A stretch of 64,000 nucleotides of DNA, taken from contig DYGA01000002.1 in NCBI GenBank assembly GCA_020724865.1, positions 12,032 to 76,031 on the forward strand, written 5' to 3'. This stretch comes from Candidatus Paceibacter sp. (GTDB lineage Bacteria; Patescibacteriota; Patescibacteriia; S139-126). A model generated the notes under the pieces. It was not told the DNA's origin. It ran no database searches and saw only the letters and a program-made list of their open reading frames with translations. The translations under genes were made by a program, and so were the position numbers. This document shows positions 47,490 through 58,100 of the stretch, piece by piece (the first letter of the stretch is position 1; every line of letters starts with the position of its first letter).

Positions 47490-48935
47490 TTAGGGGGTAT
47501 TTTGATTGCCAATAACTATTACAAAATCAACTGGTTGCTTGTTCATTTGTAAATTTGGTTCTTGGTTTAATTTTTCTTGAAGTTCAAAAGGCAGCTCATC
47601 TTGAATAATTGCGCCTAATGATGATATTAAATAATCTCGCGAACTATTTTTATTTTTTTCAGTTAAATCATAAGCAATAGTTCGTTTCCAATCTCTAGTT
47701 GGGGCATTACCGGTAGCTAAAACTATATAACCGGCTTGGGTAAGAGTTTGCGAGGTTTCCGCTGCCAAGCCGGTGATATTGGTGCCATTGTAAATTATTA
47801 CTGTGCTAGCTTCATCTTGGATATTAGTTGTTGCGAAAATGTTATTGAAAAATTCATGAATTTTGGTCCAATCATTTCCGCGCGGACTTAAAACGTAAGC
47901 TCCAGTATCAGATATATAAGAATAGAGTAAACCGTCAGGGCTACTGTCTAATACTTTGTGAATTATATCTTCTGGTTTAATATTCCTACCCAATTGAGCC
48001 AAGCGTAAGGCTTCAAAAGCGTTTAAATTGGTATCAATATTGTCGGTGAGATTATTATATAGATCGTTGATTTTAATTGGGTTTAGCAGGGTACCGGCTG
48101 ACATAATTTTATTTTTTACAGCTATAAGTAAATTCATTTGTCGTCGCGAGCGAGAAAAATCTGAACCCTGACCATTGTTACCGTGTCGTGAACGTGCGTA
48201 TTGTAAAGCCCGTTCTCCATTCATATGTTCTATCCCTTTATTAAAAGATATAGTTTGGTAACCGTATTCATAGTCAGGATATTGATTGTCTGTAAAACTG
48301 TTTTCAATATTGACATCAACACCACCTAAATCATCAATAAGTTTTTTGAAACCATTGAAGTCAACTCTAATAAAATAGTCAATCGGTTGACCAATAACCT
48401 GACTAACCATTTGCGAACTAAAGGCTGCGCCACCGCCGGGATAGTTGTTACTTTCACCTAAAGCATTGGCACTATTTATTTTCCGCCAACCGTAACTACC
48501 CATATCTACATATAAGTCTCTGGGAATGGAAACCATCGCTAGTTGTTTGGTGGTAGTTTTAAAACTAACAACAATCATTGTATCAGTTAAATAGGCGCCG
48601 TCATGACCTTCACCGCCCATGCCTAACAGTAAAATATTAACCCGATCTCTTTGTTCGGCAGAGCTTAGTTTGTCGGCATTGGTAAACAGATGTTTAAAAC
48701 CAGCTAGCCAAGAAAAGTCATTTAAAGTGGCTCCCAGTGGGGTGGCAGAAATACGAATGTAGACGAACAGTGAACCTAAAAAAATCATTAAAGCCATAAC
48801 AAAAATAACACCTTTTATCAAACCGCGCCTAGAGTTAGATGGTTTAGTGATTAAATCACTTGTTTGATTAGCGTCGGAATTTTCGGTGTCAGATTTTAAA
48901 AAATCCAATTGTATGTCATTGTTTTGTTTAGACAT
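47490..48935 (-). CDS. LytR-CpsA-Psr family protein with LytR_C domain
   Basis: NILLLG, TDTM, SIPRDL, ARSRH, SDFSRSRRQ; NGT...GLA. Confidence 0.93.
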   Translation of the reverse strand: MSKQNNDIQLDFLKSDTENSDANQTSDLITKPSNSRRGLIKGVIFVMALMIFLGSLFVYIRISATPLGATLNDFSWLAGFKHLFTNADKLSSAEQRDRVNILLLGMGGEGHDGAYLTDTMIVVSFKTTTKQLAMVSIPRDLYVDMGSYGWRKINSANALGESNNYPGGGAAFSSQMVSQVIGQPIDYFIRVDFNGFKKLIDDLGGVDVNIENSFTDNQYPDYEYGYQTISFNKGIEHMNGERALQYARSRHGNNGQGSDFSRSRRQMNLLIAVKNKIMSAGTLLNPIKINDLYNNLTDNIDTNLNAFEALRLAQLGRNIKPEDIIHKVLDSSPDGLLYSYISDTGAYVLSPRGNDWTKIHEFFNNIFATTNIQDEASTVIIYNGTNITGLAAETSQTLTQAGYIVLATGNAPTRDWKRTIAYDLTEKNKNSSRDYLISSLGAIIQDELPFELQEKLNQEPNLQMNKQPVDFVIVIGNQNTP

Positions 48936-49182
48936 AATTGTTGTTCGTATAGATAAGTCTATATAATAATACCTAAGAAACAGATATTAGGTCAATATAA
49001 ACATTTGCTTTTTTGTGATATTTTAAGTATTATAGCAACGACTTGAAAAGAGACCGTTTTTATTTTACACTTAGAACACTTTATGTAGCACACTTTATGT
49101 TTGTTTTTTGGAAATTTATTTAAGCATGGGTCAGTGGTATTTATTTAACAAATTTTCTTATTTTGCAGATTAAGTTTATTTT

Positions 49183-49259
<77 letters not shown>

Positions 49260-49349
49260 GTATTAAATTTAAATAAGAACAATTTTGACCATAATTTATT
49301 TAGCCAGTTAACAAAAATTATCAATATTATTGATAAAATATTAAAATTT

Positions 49350-49946
49350 ATGATAAACGACAAAGAGTTAAACAACGTTGCAAATAAACAGAAAGTCAAA
49401 GAATTTATTTTGGAAATAATTAGAATTATTGTTATTTCTGTAGCTATTATCGTGCCAGTTCGTTATTATTTGATTCAACCCTTTTATGTTAAAGGAGCCA
49501 GTATGGAGCCGAATTTTCATGATCATGAGTATTTATTGATTGATGAAATCTCGTATCGTTTTCGAGAGCCAATGCGGGGGGAAATAGTAGTTTTTAAATT
49601 TCCTTTAAATACCAAGGAATTTTTTATTAAAAGGATAATTGGCTTACCTGGAGAGACGGTTGCTTTGCGAGACGGCAAGGTTTATATATATAATAATGAA
49701 AATCCAGAAGGATTTTTGTTGGATGAATCAAAATATTTGCCACCAGATGTTAAAACTCTGCCTATGGGTGAAAGTACATTTACTTTAGGGCGTGATGAAT
49801 ATTTTTTAATGGGTGATAATCGTGCCCGGAGTATGGATTCGCGCCAATTTGGCAGTGTTAAATCTGATTTAATTGTCGGTCGGACAATAATTCGTGGTTA
49901 TCCTTTTGATCGTTGGCAGACTTTTTTTACCACTTCTTTATATTAA
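49350..49946 (+). CDS. lepB: Signal peptidase I
   Basis: GASMEPNF, FIKRIIGLPGE, GDNR..SMDSR; ATG at 49350 (listed start lies inside the tRNA). Confidence 0.94.
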   Translation: MINDKELNNVANKQKVKEFILEIIRIIVISVAIIVPVRYYLIQPFYVKGASMEPNFHDHEYLLIDEISYRFREPMRGEIVVFKFPLNTKEFFIKRIIGLPGETVALRDGKVYIYNNENPEGFLLDESKYLPPDVKTLPMGESTFTLGRDEYFLMGDNRARSMDSRQFGSVKSDLIVGRTIIRGYPFDRWQTFFTTSLY

Positions 49947-49952
49947 AAAAAT

Positions 49953-51320
49953 ATGATTAAAAAAAATACTAAAGAAGAAAATACAGAAAGAGTTGAAAAA
50001 TCAAAAAATCCTACGTTTCAGTTGGTAAGGGGCACTAAAGATATTTTACCTGATGAACAAAGTTACTTTCTCTGGATATTTGATCAGGTTAGGGCGGTGG
50101 CGAACAGTTATGGTTTTAGCTTGATTGAAACACCAATTATTGAAAAAACAAATTTATTTGTCAGAGGAGTAGGTAAACAAACCGATATAGTTGAAAAGGA
50201 GATGTTTTCTTTTACTGATCAGGGTAATGAAAATTTAACTTTACGTCCCGAGGGCACTGCCCCCGTAGCCAGAGCATATATTGAACACGGCATGGTTACT
50301 TGGCCGCAGCCAGTCAAGTTATGGTATTTTGGCAAAATGTTGCGCCACGAAAGACCTCAAGCCGGAAGGTTGCGCGAATTTCATCAGTTTGGTTTTGAGT
50401 CTTTGGGTAGTGATGATCCTATGATTGATGCGCAAATTATTTTCCTTAGTTATAAAATTATGAAACAGTTAGGTTTAGATGTATCAGTGGCTATCAATAG
50501 TATTGGCACAGAAGAATGTCGCAATCAATACAAAAAGGTTTTAGTGGATTATTTCCGTACTAAACGCAGTGAATTATCTGATGAAGCCAAAAAGTTACTC
50601 ACCAAAAATCCTTTGCGTATTTTAGATTCCAAAGATGAAAATTTATTACCAATTATTGAACAGGCTCCGCAAATTTTTGATTATTTAAGCAATGCCAGCC
50701 GTGAACATTTTTTAAAAGTCATGGATTATTTGGATGAACTTGATGTGCCTGTAATTTTGAAACCAACCTTGGTAAGGGGTTTGGATTACTATACTAAAAC
50801 TGTATTTGAAATTTGGTCTGGCGAAGAAGAAACATCCCGTCAATCAGCATTGGGCGGTGGTGGGCGTTATGATGATTTAGTTGAGTTGCTAGGTGGTAGA
50901 CCAACGCCAGCCGCGGGGGTTGCCGTAGGTGTCGAGCGAGTAATTAGTTTATTAAAAGAGAAAAACATTACTCCTCCAAGTGACTATCAGCCAGATATTT
51001 TTGTGGCGCAATTAGGCGAGGAGGCAAAGAGAAAAAGTTTGCTACTTTTTGAAGAATTACGTAGCGCCGGTATAAAAGTGGCAGAGAGCTTATCTAAAGA
51101 AGGCCTTAAATCACAGTTAGAAAAAGCTGATAAGTTGAAAGTAAAATATGCAATAATCTTAGGTCAAAAAGAAATTTTGGATGGAACAGTAATGTTACGT
51201 GACATGGAAAATGGCATACAAGAAGTAATAGATATGAAAAAAGTTGTAGTAGAAGTTAAAAAAAGGTTAGAAAAACAGATTCGTGTGCAAGCTGAACAAA
51301 TAAAAGAGGAAAAAGTATAA
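49953..51320 (+). CDS. hisS: Histidine--tRNA ligase
   Basis: LRPEGTA, RHERPQAGR, LVRGLDYY, GGGRYD. Confidence 0.97.
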   Translation: MIKKNTKEENTERVEKSKNPTFQLVRGTKDILPDEQSYFLWIFDQVRAVANSYGFSLIETPIIEKTNLFVRGVGKQTDIVEKEMFSFTDQGNENLTLRPEGTAPVARAYIEHGMVTWPQPVKLWYFGKMLRHERPQAGRLREFHQFGFESLGSDDPMIDAQIIFLSYKIMKQLGLDVSVAINSIGTEECRNQYKKVLVDYFRTKRSELSDEAKKLLTKNPLRILDSKDENLLPIIEQAPQIFDYLSNASREHFLKVMDYLDELDVPVILKPTLVRGLDYYTKTVFEIWSGEEETSRQSALGGGGRYDDLVELLGGRPTPAAGVAVGVERVISLLKEKNITPPSDYQPDIFVAQLGEEAKRKSLLLFEELRSAGIKVAESLSKEGLKSQLEKADKLKVKYAIILGQKEILDGTVMLRDMENGIQEVIDMKKVVVEVKKRLEKQIRVQAEQIKEEKV

Positions 51321-51414
51321 TGATTTTAGTTTGACAAATACCGGTAAAAAGTGTTATACTTAAAATAATTAATTAATTTAAAAAATAATTCTTTAGAAAG
51401 GAAGGTGTATTTAT

Positions 51415-51672
51415 CTGGTAGAGGTAAAAAGAAAAGAAAATGAATCTTTTGATCAATTTTTACGAAGGTTTACCAAGAAAAATAGAGATTCAGGCGTCTT
51501 GCTAGAAGCAAAAAAATTACGCTGGCACGAAAGAAAAAAAAATAAGCGGCAAAAAAAAGAATCTGCTTTACGCAAGATGAAAATTAATGAAAAAAAAGAA
51601 TGGCTTAAACGAATTGGTAAATTAGACGATTATACTGACAGCTTTGGTCGTGTAAAAATTAAAATAAAATAA
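51415..51672 (+). CDS. rpsU: 30S ribosomal protein bS21, non-canonical (CTG) start
   Basis: (M)VEVKRKENESFDQFLRRFTKKNRDSGVLLEAKK...; rpsU-yqeY synteny; own promoter TTGACA at 51331; not in ORF track. Confidence 0.88.
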   Translation: MVEVKRKENESFDQFLRRFTKKNRDSGVLLEAKKLRWHERKKNKRQKKESALRKMKINEKKEWLKRIGKLDDYTDSFGRVKIKIK

Positions 51673-51674
51673 AA

Positions 51675-52127
51675 ATGAATTTATCAAGCCAGTTGGAGCA
51701 AGATTTAAAAGACGCTTTAAAACAAGGTGATAAAGAAAAAGCGTTGACTTTGCGTATGTTGAAAGCTGGTTTGGTTAATGAACAGATAGCACAAAAAAAA
51801 GATAAAAATAGTTCTATTGCAGATGATGTATTCCTAGCAGTTTTAAAAAGAGAAGTAAAAAAAAGAAAAGAAGCTTTAGTCAGTTATGAGCAGGCAGGAA
51901 GAAAGGATTTGGCTGATAAAGAAAAAGCCGAACTTGATATCTTATTAAAATATTTACCAGCTCAGCTATCGGTTGAAGAGATTGCCAAGATAGTTGATGA
52001 TGTATTAGCTAATCTATCTGCGGGTGAAAAAAATATTGGTCAGGTAATGAAGCAAGTTTTAGCCAAAGTTGGTTCGCAAGCTGATGGTAAAACTGTTTCC
52101 GATATAGTTAAAAAGAAATTAGTTTAA
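51675..52127 (+). CDS. yqeY: GatB/YqeY domain protein
   Basis: LRMLKA, KKRKEA...YEQAGRKDLA.KE, YLPAQLS. Confidence 0.93.
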   Translation: MNLSSQLEQDLKDALKQGDKEKALTLRMLKAGLVNEQIAQKKDKNSSIADDVFLAVLKREVKKRKEALVSYEQAGRKDLADKEKAELDILLKYLPAQLSVEEIAKIVDDVLANLSAGEKNIGQVMKQVLAKVGSQADGKTVSDIVKKKLV

Positions 52128-52136
52128 ATAATTTCC

Positions 52137-55100
52137 ATGCAATTATTTTCTTTTCCGCAAAGCAGAATTTCGGAAAAACATTGTGCTTTTCCTGTTTTTG
52201 GTTCTCATTTTTTTAAATCATTTATAAATAATTTTCTAGCTACAATTATTTTGGGAGCTATTTTTTTTGTTCCTACTTTGGTTTCAGCGCAGGGTGTTGA
52301 TTTCGGATTGGGTTATGGCAGCGCAATTGGTTTGGGTACACAGGATATTAGGGAAACTGTAGCCAGAATTATCAAGATTGCTTTGGGGATTTTGGGCATT
52401 ATTGTTACTTTGATAATTATTTATGGTGGTTATGTTTGGATGACCGCGGGTGGTAGTGAACAAAAAGTTAGCTTAGCCAAAAAAATATTAATCAATGGGG
52501 TAATCGGTTTGGTTATTATTATTTTAGCTTACGCTTTGACAGTTTGGATTTTTAGAATAATTATTGGTGGTACGACTGGTGGCGGGAGTGGCAGTTGTGT
52601 TGAAGGTCAAATTAGCGGCTGTACCCGCTGTGTGGGCGGCACCTGGATATATGATGGGAGTATTCCTGGTTGTGTCTTGCCCGGAGCAGATTTTCGGGTG
52701 AAAAATATTCAAACAACTCACGGAGGAAATAACCCCGCTCAAGATGTTTATTTGTGTTCCCGGATACAATCAAATTTTAGCAATCGTATTGCTGCTCAAT
52801 CAGTAGCCGATGCTTTAAATGCTAATCAATTGAGAATTGATACCTTTGCTGGTAATTGGCAGGTGACCAGTAATGTTTTAACTTTCAAACATGATGATAA
52901 TTTATTTTCCATAAATACTGCCTATAGATTATTACTGCCTCGACAAGGTAATACCACACCATTGTTTGATCAAAACAACTTAAATTTAACCCAATGTGAT
53001 CCAATTGTGGGTTGTGCCAGTACTTTGGAGCATTTTACTTGGGATTTTGTTACTGGAGAAGATAATGATGATGTTGCTCCTGAAATAACCAATACTTATC
53101 CAGTATCTGATATAACCAGTCCAACTTATCCTGATCGTAATGTATCTCGTTCGCCAATAATGGAGGTAAATTTTTCGGAAAGTATTGATGCTACTTCAGT
53201 GGCTGATAGTAACGGTAATCCATTGGCTGGAGTAATAACTTTGGAGCGATTAAGCGATCGGGGAGGTAGCGTTGATTTAACTATACCTAACAATCAATTG
53301 GAAGTATATTTTACTAGCAATGGTTTTCGTTTTAATTTAATTGAACCAAATTTACTCGATAGTTTCCGTTGGTATCGAATTACTGTCCAAGGCGTAGAAG
53401 ATTTATGTGGTAATCAAATGGCTGCGCCCAGAGTCTGGGAGTTTCAAACCAATGACAGTTCCCCAGGGGTAAGAACTTGGTATCCTACCGGGACCAATCA
53501 GTGTTTGGATGTTGATGTAATTGTTGGTTTTAATAGTTCAATGTTTGATCAACAAGTTACTTTTGTTATTTCTGGCAGTGACGGCAGTGTTTATAGCGCC
53601 ACAATGAGACCATCCTTATTGGAACCAGGACCTTATCAGGTAGCTGGCAGCGGTGGTAGCTTATCCGTAGCTGATCCGGGGCAACCTTATAGTAACAATT
53701 TTAAATCTTTTGTTTTTAGAGCAAATAATGGTTGGCGCGCTAATACCACTTATTCTGTGACAATAACTACTGATTTAGTGATTAATACCAATGGTGATAC
53801 TTTGTCACATAATTGGAATTTTAGCACCTCGGATGCTGCTAGTTGTGTTTGTTCACCTTATATAATGTCGATTAATCCTAATCAGGGAATGGCCGGTCAG
53901 TGTGTGACGGTTCAAGGTAGATGTTTTACTGGTACTTCAGCTAAACCAGCTGAAATTACGAATGTATCAATTAATGGTCAAACTGTAACCGTTGGTGGTT
54001 CTGATAGTAATTATTTTACTACCAGCATTCCTGACAATTTACCAGTCGGCACGCAAGCGCCGGTGGTTGCCACTATTACTTATCAAGATCCAGAATTGGG
54101 GAGTATTACCAGTAATAACAATGTTAATTATTATGTTAATCAACCGGGTATATATAATGGTCCTTGCTTATGGTCAATAGTGCCATCACTTGGTTGCGCT
54201 GATACTAGTGTTACTTTAAATGGTATTAGATTTGGTACTGATCCGGGTAATTATCAAACTGATCAAAATAATGTAACTTTCAATTTAAACCGCAGAGCTA
54301 GGCAGTCAGATTTTAGTTTGTGGTCAGACACTTCAATTCGTACCCGGGTGCCTCAGGCAACAGTAGATGGTAATGTTTATGTAACTGCCAATAGTTTAGT
54401 AACCAATGGCGTGCCTTTTGATATGTCTTGTGGATCAGGAGGTGCCTGTTCGGCCGATCCTAATATTTGTAGTCCTAACCCCACCAGTTGCGCTGTTGGT
54501 TACGAATGTAATACTAGTTGTATTTGCCAAGCAGTAGGTGGGAGCGTAGGCGACCCTTGTTCTTCAGATCCCAATAGTTGTGTGCCAGACGATACTTTAT
54601 GTTCGAGTTCTTTGTTTTGTGATCCTAATAGTTGTACTTGTCAATCAAATGGTGAAACCACAACTCGATTTAACGTGATTGCTAATTGGCCGACTTGTGA
54701 AGGTGTGTGTGTAAATTCTGAAGTGGGTTTAAGATTTTCTACCAGCGTTGATCCGACTACTGTTACCAATGCCAATATTGCCATATTTGATTATCGGGAT
54801 AGTGGTTACACCCAAATGGTAGGCGAAGAACAAATTACTGTTTTCCTTAATTCTAGCACTAATGAAGTTTATATTTATCCCAACGGTGGTTTGTCTCGTG
54901 GTTATTATATGAGAGTGGTAGTTAGAAATGGAATTTTAAGTAGTAGCGGACAAACAATCCAGAATTTAAATTTTGATGAAGACGGTAACGGGGTAAATGA
55001 TAGTTATGCTTGGACCTTTAGTGCCGGTAACGAGACTTGTACTTTGACGGCAATAGAAAATAGTCCTGTCCTGATGACTTTCAATAACATCAACCAAAAT

Positions 55101-58100
55101 CAAACTATTTATGGCAGGGCTATATCCAGTCAGCAGTGCGGACCAAATCAATATGTCAATCCTTGGGATCATGATTGGAAATGGGAAGATACAAATAATG
55201 GCAATATTGCCAAAGTTACCAATCGAGATATAAATAATGATAATAAATATGATCCCGCTCAAACTGTTACTTCAATTGCAGCAGGCACTACGCAAATAAG
55301 AAGTGAAGTTGATAGTAATTTAACAGCTTTAAGTGATGTTATTGTTGGCAGTGGTAGTAGTGGTGTGGGGACAGTTTGCGATGCCGATCCAAATACTCCA
55401 CAGTGTGATCTAAATAATAACATCTGTGGCAATTTTGGTTTAGTCTGTGATCCTAATGCTAATTGTACCTGTCAGCAAGCAGGTTACACGCCTTTGACTC
55501 CCGGTGTGGTTAGTGTAATTCCTATTAATAATCAGACTGATGTTTGTCGTAATAGTATAGTTCAAGTCACTTTTAATCAAAAAATGGATACCGGTTCTAT
55601 TGTTTGGCAGTCCACATTCAAGATCAATGACAATGACCGTGATGATGTGAGAGGAAATTTGAATTTTATTACGGTCAACAATGGTGTCTATGGCTGTAAC
55701 AATCCTCAAGGTTGTACAGTGGTTAGATTTTATCCATCGCGAGCTTATGTTCAAAACAGTCTACACACGATAACACTGACTACTGGGATTAAAAATTTAT
55801 CCGGATTGTCACTACCTGCCAATTTTGTATCTAGTTTTACGACTGGTAGTCAGATTTGCAAAGTCAATACTGTTGACCTGCAGCCAAATTATCATTTATT
55901 TACCACTTTAAATGAGAGTGTAGTATATATGGCTACCGCTAAAGATTTACGCGGTGGTTTAGTAGCGCCAATCCCCGGTTTTTATGATTGGAATTGGCAG
56001 TGGGTCAAAGCTGATGATGATAATGTGGTCAATATGGAGGATGTTGGTAATCCTGACCGGAGAAATATTGTTGCCCAATCTAGTAATGGCCTAGCCAGAA
56101 TTAAAGCCACAGCAGAAATTACTACGGCTGATGTTTCAATTGGTGATAGTGTTGGCAGAAAAATTAGCGATAGTAGCGAGGCGGAAGTATTTATTTGCAT
56201 ATATCCTTGGCCAGCCACACCACCGATGCAGGATTCACAGTATGGTTTTCAAATGAAATATTGTCGCGGCAATGATAGCGCTAATTTGTTGGGTATGTTG
56301 TCAGATCCGACTAATTCTATTATTTCTCTTACCACTTCTGATCCAGATTTAGAAAGAGAATATTTATTTAATTATCTGGTTTCTTCTTTGCCCGTGGGCG
56401 GACAAACAGAACCATTTATTATCAGTAAATTACAAAGGTTTAAAATTGGTCAGTTATTAGTTTTATGGTGGAAAAACTTATTAGCTATGTTCAATAAACA
56501 GTCAGTTTGGGCACAGGTACCCCAAGATGTGATTGGATTGCGGATTTATAATAATCCTAATCGCTTGGGTCCGAGAGCTTGGTATGAACAAAAATCATTC
56601 CCCAAGGGTAATCCGCAAGATATTACTGTTGATGGATTTCCCGCCATAAAGGATGGTACTTCAGTTTATATACTTGGCCCTCGACGCGCGGGTTCAATTG
56701 AAACTTATATTTATGTTTTGTCTTACAATGATTTATCCAGTCAGAATAATATTGCCATTTTTAATCAGTTAATAAAAAATTTCCGTTTTTATACTTTAAC
56801 GCCGGAAGAAAAACCAGCCGTTGCAAGGGATTTAAAAAGATTGGCTGATGCCAGTTTTATAGCGACGCAATTAGAACGTTATAAAAATCGAACTGGAAAT
56901 TATCCAGCTTTGTCCGCGGGAAGTTATATTGCCGGCATGTCAACCAGTAAATGGCCTTCTTGGCAGGCTACTTTAGGAAACCAATTAGGTGTAAGTATTC
57001 CCAATGATCCAATTAATAAATTTGCCAGTTATTGCTCTAATAATCCCAATCAAAGTTGTTGGCAAAATAGTGATTGTGGCACTGGACAGTGTTTATCAGG
57101 TTGTGGCGAAGAGGCAAATCCTGATACCTGTTGGAACGAAGTGACTCAAGAATATTCTTGTCCGGCTGGTTCAGCAGTTTATCAGTACCGACGTTATGGG
57201 ACTAATGATTTTCGTATTGGTGTATTATTGGAAGTAAATGATTATGAAGCTTTGCCAACTTATTTAGATGTAAATGAAGCTTATTGTAATGGTACTATTT
57301 ATACTGGCGATGGTTTTTGCGGTGATGGCATAGTTCAAGCATCTTTAGGGGAGCAGTGTGAAGTAGGGCAACAAATTTTAGCCTGCAATCCTACTTGGCC
57401 CAATTATTACAATCCTATTTATCAGCAATGTGAATCAGATTGTAGTTGGCCTGATGCTCAAGTATCTACTTGTGGCGGTTATTGTGGTGATGGTGTATTA
57501 CAGTCAAGTAATGAAATTTGTGATGGCACTGCCGGTCTGGGAGGAGTAGGGCCAGCCACTTGTTATACTGATTGCAGTGGTTTTTATTGTAATCCCGGTT
57601 ATGTTTTAGTAGGCGGTGTTTGTCAGCTTGATTGGTGCAATCCTGCTACTCAGGATTGTTCTAGTCAAATACCCAATGGCAATGGTCAATATCAATCTTG
57701 TAATTATGTCAGTGGTAATTGGCAGTGGTCAGATTGTCAGGTAACCAGTTGTAACCCCGGTTATGTGATTAGTGGAAATAGTTGTGTTTTACCTCAACCC
57801 ACAGTAACTATAACTAGCCCAGCTAACAATACTAACGGCGGCAGTAGTGTTACTATGACTTTTGTAGTAAATCAAGGTGGGGTATACAACGTGCTGCGTG
57901 ACGGAGTGATTGTTTATACCACCGGTGTCAATGCCGGAACTTATACTTACAATTTTACTGGACTAACTGCTGGACCTCATGTTTTAGGAGTATCTATTAC
58001 CAATGCCAATGGCACTGGTAATGCGCAAATAAACTATACTGTTAATCCACCACCTCAACCCACAGTAACTATAACTAGCCCAGCTAACAATACTAACGGC

